This document shows positions 59,455 through 64,000 of a stretch of DNA of 64,000 bases, in pieces. Numbering within the stretch: the first letter of the stretch is position 1; the number at the start of each line of letters is the position of its first letter. Under the pieces are notes generated by a model that had not been told where the DNA came from, did no database searches, and was given only the letters and a program-made list of their open reading frames with translations. Source of the DNA: Eledone cirrhosa (lineage: Eukaryota); contig CAXHJY010001767.1 in assembly GCA_964016885.1 (NCBI GenBank), forward strand, positions 22,057 through 86,056, written 5' to 3'. A program made the translations under genes and the position numbers.

Positions 59455-60115
59455 TAATAATAATAATAATAATAATAACAAAAATGCTTTCTTTATTAAC
59501 CACAAGGGTTTACACAAAGTAGACATTAAGGACAGTACAGGATGGTACAAAAGGGCATTTCTGCGTGTAAAAAACGAAAAAAAACAGAGGATGTAATAAG
59601 AGAGCAATGAAATAATTCCCCAATAGGGGGGAGACTTCCGAGGGCCATCGTGGAGAAAGCCCATTAAAAAAGCCATGGTGACCCTGACCACCAGGGCAAT
59701 TGTCCTCTCCCAGTTTTCCACCTTCAATTTACAGATATATACTCAGAGTAGGTCCATTCACTCGGGCCATTCTTGCCTCTCTCACCCATCTTTCAACAAA
59801 AAGCTGGAAAGCGACCACCTCCCTCTCTACCCTGATTTTCCTTTTCAAATGAAATTGGAAAAAGTTAATCAGAGCATCACTGAAGAGGTAAGTGCTCGTC
59901 TTCAGCCCTTTCAGATGTGTCCACCATACTATCTCTTTCGCCATGGCCACCAGACAGATAAAAACTGCCTGCCCTTCCCGGCTAAAGGAAGGGGCGGGGC
60001 AATCCTCACGATGGACTCAGCTGATAGCCGGATCCGTCCTACATGTGACAGCAGGTGTTCGACATAAACCCACAAGTCAGCAATGCTTGGACACTGGACG
60101 AGTGCATGCAGGACG
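59455..60115 (-). pseudogene. 3' end of an L1/Tx1-type LINE (zinc-knuckle C-terminus, AATAAA, (ATT)n tail)
   Basis: TVLHALVQCPSIADLW..AMAKEIVWWT..FVERW; ggttaataaag followed by (tta)n on the minus strand. Confidence 0.65.
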
Positions 60116-60530
60116 GTGTTAGCAATACTTTGAGCTACATTCACATGGAACATGGAGGAGTGTTAGCAATACTTTGATTGAGCTACATTCACATAGAACA
60201 TGGATAGGTGTTAGCAATACTTTGACTGAGCTACATTCACAAGTACATTTAATTTAAATAGTGTATATTTCTAATGAAATATACACTATTTTAATTAATT
60301 AATAAAGGATATCAAGGAACATGGATAGGTGTTAGCAATATTTTGACTGAGCTACATTCACAAGGAACATGGAGGAGTCTTAGCAATACTTTGACTGAGC
60401 TACATTCACAAGGAACATGGAGGAGTGTTAGCAATACTTTGACTGAGCTACATTCACAAGGAACATGGAGGAGTGTTAGCAATACTTTGACTGAGCTAGA
60501 TTCACATGGAACATGGAGGAGTGTTATCTT
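60115..60530. repeat. 48-bp minisatellite, interrupted
   Basis: gtgttagcaatactttgactgagctacattcacaaggaacatggagga units (16-aa periodic ORF). Confidence 0.9.
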
Positions 60531-60698
60531 AGCATTACTTTTGGTATCATTAACTGTTTCATGGCCACATTTCTAATGAAATATACACTATTTTAATTAA
60601 TTAATAAAGGATATCAAGGGATTTACTAAAATATTTCATTACTAAGATAGTAACTTAATGTAAGGTTCTTATACAGAATTATGTTGGAAAATTTTAAT

Positions 60699-60929
60699 TT
60701 AACCCTTTAGTGTTTAAACCAGCTGTAACAAGCCAGAATTCCCTCACTTCTTTCTGTGCAAACCAGCTGTAACTGGCCACTCATACTGATGTTAAGGTAT
60801 TGTTCTCAAAATAAATAATATCAAAATCTCATAGATTTGATATTATGTGAGATAATTATATGAGGTAAAGCCTTTACCATGAAAATATAATAGTATATAT
60901 ATAGAGTAATGTAAATACTAATGGGTTAA
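60699..60929. mobile_element. piggyBac-type MITE
   Basis: TTAA-CCCTTTAGTGTTTA ... TAAATACTAATGGG-TTAA; an alternative right end TAAAGGG-TTAA at ~61007. Confidence 0.6.
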
Positions 60930-61009
60930 ATTAGAAATGTTTAAAATGGGTGGTTTTATTTCATAGAATTAGAGCTGATTTTGCTGGGCTGCTAAATAAA
61001 GGGTTAAAC

Positions 61010-61160
61010 ATTACAAGGGGGAAAGGTTCTAGAAAGGATCAACTACAGAGGGATGGTGGCTCAAGTTATGAAAGTGACAGAAACAGTGTTAGTTGCCCAA
61101 TAAATTAGGGAAAGAGTCAAATTAGATGAGATACAGTTTCATTTTGTGCCAGAAAGAGTT
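61010..61160 (+). pseudogene. Degraded RTE RT fragment
   Basis: YKGKG..QVMKVTE..IRERVKLDEIQFHFVP. Confidence 0.7.
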
Positions 61161-61171
61161 AAGGCTGTATA

Positions 61172-63675
61172 TGTAGCAGTAGATAGTGGTATGACCACGG
61201 TGGTCAGTTCTGTGTTGTACCTGTAGTAGTAGATAGTGGTATGACCACGGTGGTCAGTTCTGTGTTCTACCTGTAGTAGTAGATAGTGGTATGACCACAG
61301 TGGTCAGTTCTGTGTTCTACCTGTAGTAGTAGATAGTGGTATGACCACGGTGGTCAGTTCTGTGTTCTACCTGTAGTAGTAGATAGTGGTATGACCACAG
61401 TGGTCAGTTTTGTGTTCTACCTGTAGTAGTAGATAGTGCTATGACCACAGTGGTCAGTTCTGTGTTCTACCTGTAGTAGTAGATAGTGGTATGACCACAG
61501 TGGTCAGTTCTGTGTTGTACCTGTAGTAGTAGATAGTGGTATGACCACGGTGGTCAGTTCTGTGTTCTACCTGTAGTAGTAGATAGTGGTATGACCACAG
61601 TGGTCAGTTTTGTGTTCTACCTGTAGTAGTAGATAGTGGTATGACCACAGTGGTCAGTTCTGTGTTCTACCTGTAGTAGTAGATAGTGCTATGACCACAG
61701 TGGTCAGTTCTGTGTTGTACCTGTAGTAGTAGATAGTGGTATGACCACGGTGGTCAGTTCTGTGTTCTACCTGTAGTAGTAGATAGTGGTATGATCACAG
61801 TGGTCAGTTCTGTGTTGTACCTGTAGTAGTAGATAGTGGTATGACCACGGTGGTCAGTTCTGTGTTCTACCTGTAGTAGTAGATAGTGGTATGACCACAG
61901 TGGTCAGTTCTGTGTTGTACCTGTAGTAGTAGATAGTGGTATGACCACGGTGGTCAGTTCTGTGTTCTACCTGTAGTAGTAGATAGTGGTATGACCACAG
62001 TGGTCAGTTCTGTGTTCTACCTGTAGTAGTAGATAGTGGTATGACCACGGTGGTCAGTTCTGTGTTGTACCTGTAGTAGTAGATAGTGGTATGACCACAG
62101 TGGTCAGTTTTGTGTTCTACCTGTAGTAGTAGTGGTATGACCACAGTGGTCAGTTCTGTGTTCTACCTGTAGTAGTAGATAGTGGTATGACCACAGTGGT
62201 CAGTTCTGTGTTCTACCTGTAGTAGTAGATAGTGGTATGACCACAGTGGTCAGTTTTGTGTTCTACCTGTAGTAGTAGATAGTGCTATGACCACAGTGGT
62301 CAGTTCTGTGTTGTACCTGTAGTAGTAGTGGTATGACCACAGTGGTCAGTTTTGTGTTCTACCTGTAGTAGTAGATAGTGGTATGACCACAGTGGTCAGT
62401 TCTGTGTTCTACCTGTAGTAGTAGATAGTGCTATGACCACAGTGGTCAGTTCTGTGTTGTACCTGTAGTAGTAGATAGTGGTATGACCACAGTGGTCAGT
62501 TCTGTGTTCTACCTGTAGTAGTAGATAGTGGTATGACCACAGTGGTCAGTTCTGTGTTCTACCTGTAGTAGTAGATAGTGGTATGACCACAGTGGTCAGT
62601 TTTGTGTTCTACCTGTAGTAGTAGATAGTGGTATGACCACAGTGGTCAGTTTTGTGTTCTACCTGTAGTAGATAGTGGTATGACCACAGTGGTCAGTTCT
62701 GTGTTCTACCTGTAGTAGTAGATAGTGGTATGACCACAGTGGTCAGTTTTGTGTTCTACCTGTAGTAGTAGATAGTGCTATGACCACAGTGGTCAGTTCT
62801 GTGTTGTACCTGTAGTAGTAGATAGTGGTATGACCACAGTGGTCAGTTCTGTGTTGTACCTGTAGTAGTAGATAGTGGTATGACCACAGTGGTCAGTTCT
62901 GTGTTCTACCTGTAGTAGTAGATAGTGGTATGACCACAGTGGTCAGTTCTGTGTTCTACCTGTAGTAGTAGATAGTGCTATGACCACAGTGGTCAGTTCT
63001 GTGTTCTACCTGTAGTAGTAGATAGTGCTATGACCACAGTGGTCAGTTCTGTGTTGTACCTGTAGTAGTAGATAGTGGTATGACCACAGTGGTCAGTTCT
63101 GTGTTCTACCTGTAGTAGTAGATAGTGGTATGACCACAGTGGTCAGTTCTGTGTTCTACCTGTAGTAGTAGATAGTGCTATGACCACAGTGGTCAGTTCT
63201 GTGTTGTACCTGTAGTAGTAGATAGTGGTATGACCACAGTGGTCAGTTCTGTGTTGTACCTGTAGTAGTAGATAGTGGTATGACCACAGTGGTCAGTTCT
63301 GTGTTGTACCTGTAGTAGTAGATAGTGGTATGACCACAGTGGTCAGTTCTGTGTTGTACCTGTAGTAGTAGATAGTGGTATGACCACAGTGGTCAGTTCT
63401 GTGTTCTACCTGTAGTAGTAGATAGTGGTATGACCACAGTGGTCAGTTCTGTGTTCTACCTGTAGTAGTAGATAGTGGTATGACCACGGTGGTCAGTTCT
63501 GTGTTCTACCTGTAGTAGTAGATAGTGGTATGACCACAGTGGTCAGTTCTGTGTTCTACCTGTAGTAGTAGATAGTGCTATGACCACAGTGGTCAGTTCT
63601 GTGTTCTACCTGTAATAGTAGATAGTGGTATGACCACAGTGGTCAGTTCTGTGTTCTACCTGTAATAGTAGATAC
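61172..63675. repeat. Homogeneous 50-bp satellite, about 50 copies, with an internal palindrome
   Basis: ctgtagtagtagatagtggtatgaccacagtggtcagttctgtgttctac repeated; TGACCAC-N-GTGGTCA. Confidence 0.95.
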
Positions 63676-64000
63676 ACTGACCTCTGTCATTAGGGGTACT
63701 TTTACCTGATTTACATGTCATTGAAGGCATTTGAATGTCTTACATGAGGTTTCAAGGACCAAGTTTGACCATACCTCCAGAAAACTAGAGGCATAAAAAA
63801 CTTGACCTTTCTTCCGGTGCTTATATGAGTTTTTGTTTCATGTATGAACATAAATAAATAAAAATAATATAATATATCATCATCATCATCGTTTAACGTC
63901 CATCTTCCACGCTAGCATGGGTTAGATGGGTTTGTCCCATTAAGAAGCAAGTTGGGTTGGGTGACCATGTCTTGCTCATATAGGACTGTTTCTGGCTGGT

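Noticed and set aside
61172-63675. CRISPR-like array of palindromic repeats
   Set aside because: No unique spacers, no cas genes, eukaryotic context; it is a tandem satellite

Overview
This is a eukaryotic, extremely AT-rich window saturated with microsatellites. Its repeat content resembles a cephalopod/Octopus genome, which is my inference only. I found no recognisable host gene; nearly all long ORFs in the track are (TA)n translations. The real content is a dense set of mobile elements, most inserted into (TA)n tracts: RTE-clade LINEs (three with an in-frame PHD-type zinc finger inside the RT C-terminus, one near-full-length copy split by a 5' inversion), CR1-like, L1/Tx1-like and restriction-like-endonuclease LINE fragments, a Penelope-like GIY-YIG relic, two tRNA-headed SINE families, tandem Helitrons, MITEs, and 48-bp and 50-bp satellites. 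The most striking signal is about 10 complete or near-complete minimal type I hammerhead ribozyme (HHR) motifs plus several decayed ones, from at least 5 unrelated short non-coding element families. These sit in (TA)n as fold-back palindromes or ~320-bp tandem units, suggesting a Penelope-dependent, retrozyme-like system. One copy carries a compensatory U3-A8 core. All structures were folded by eye and none was tested computationally.
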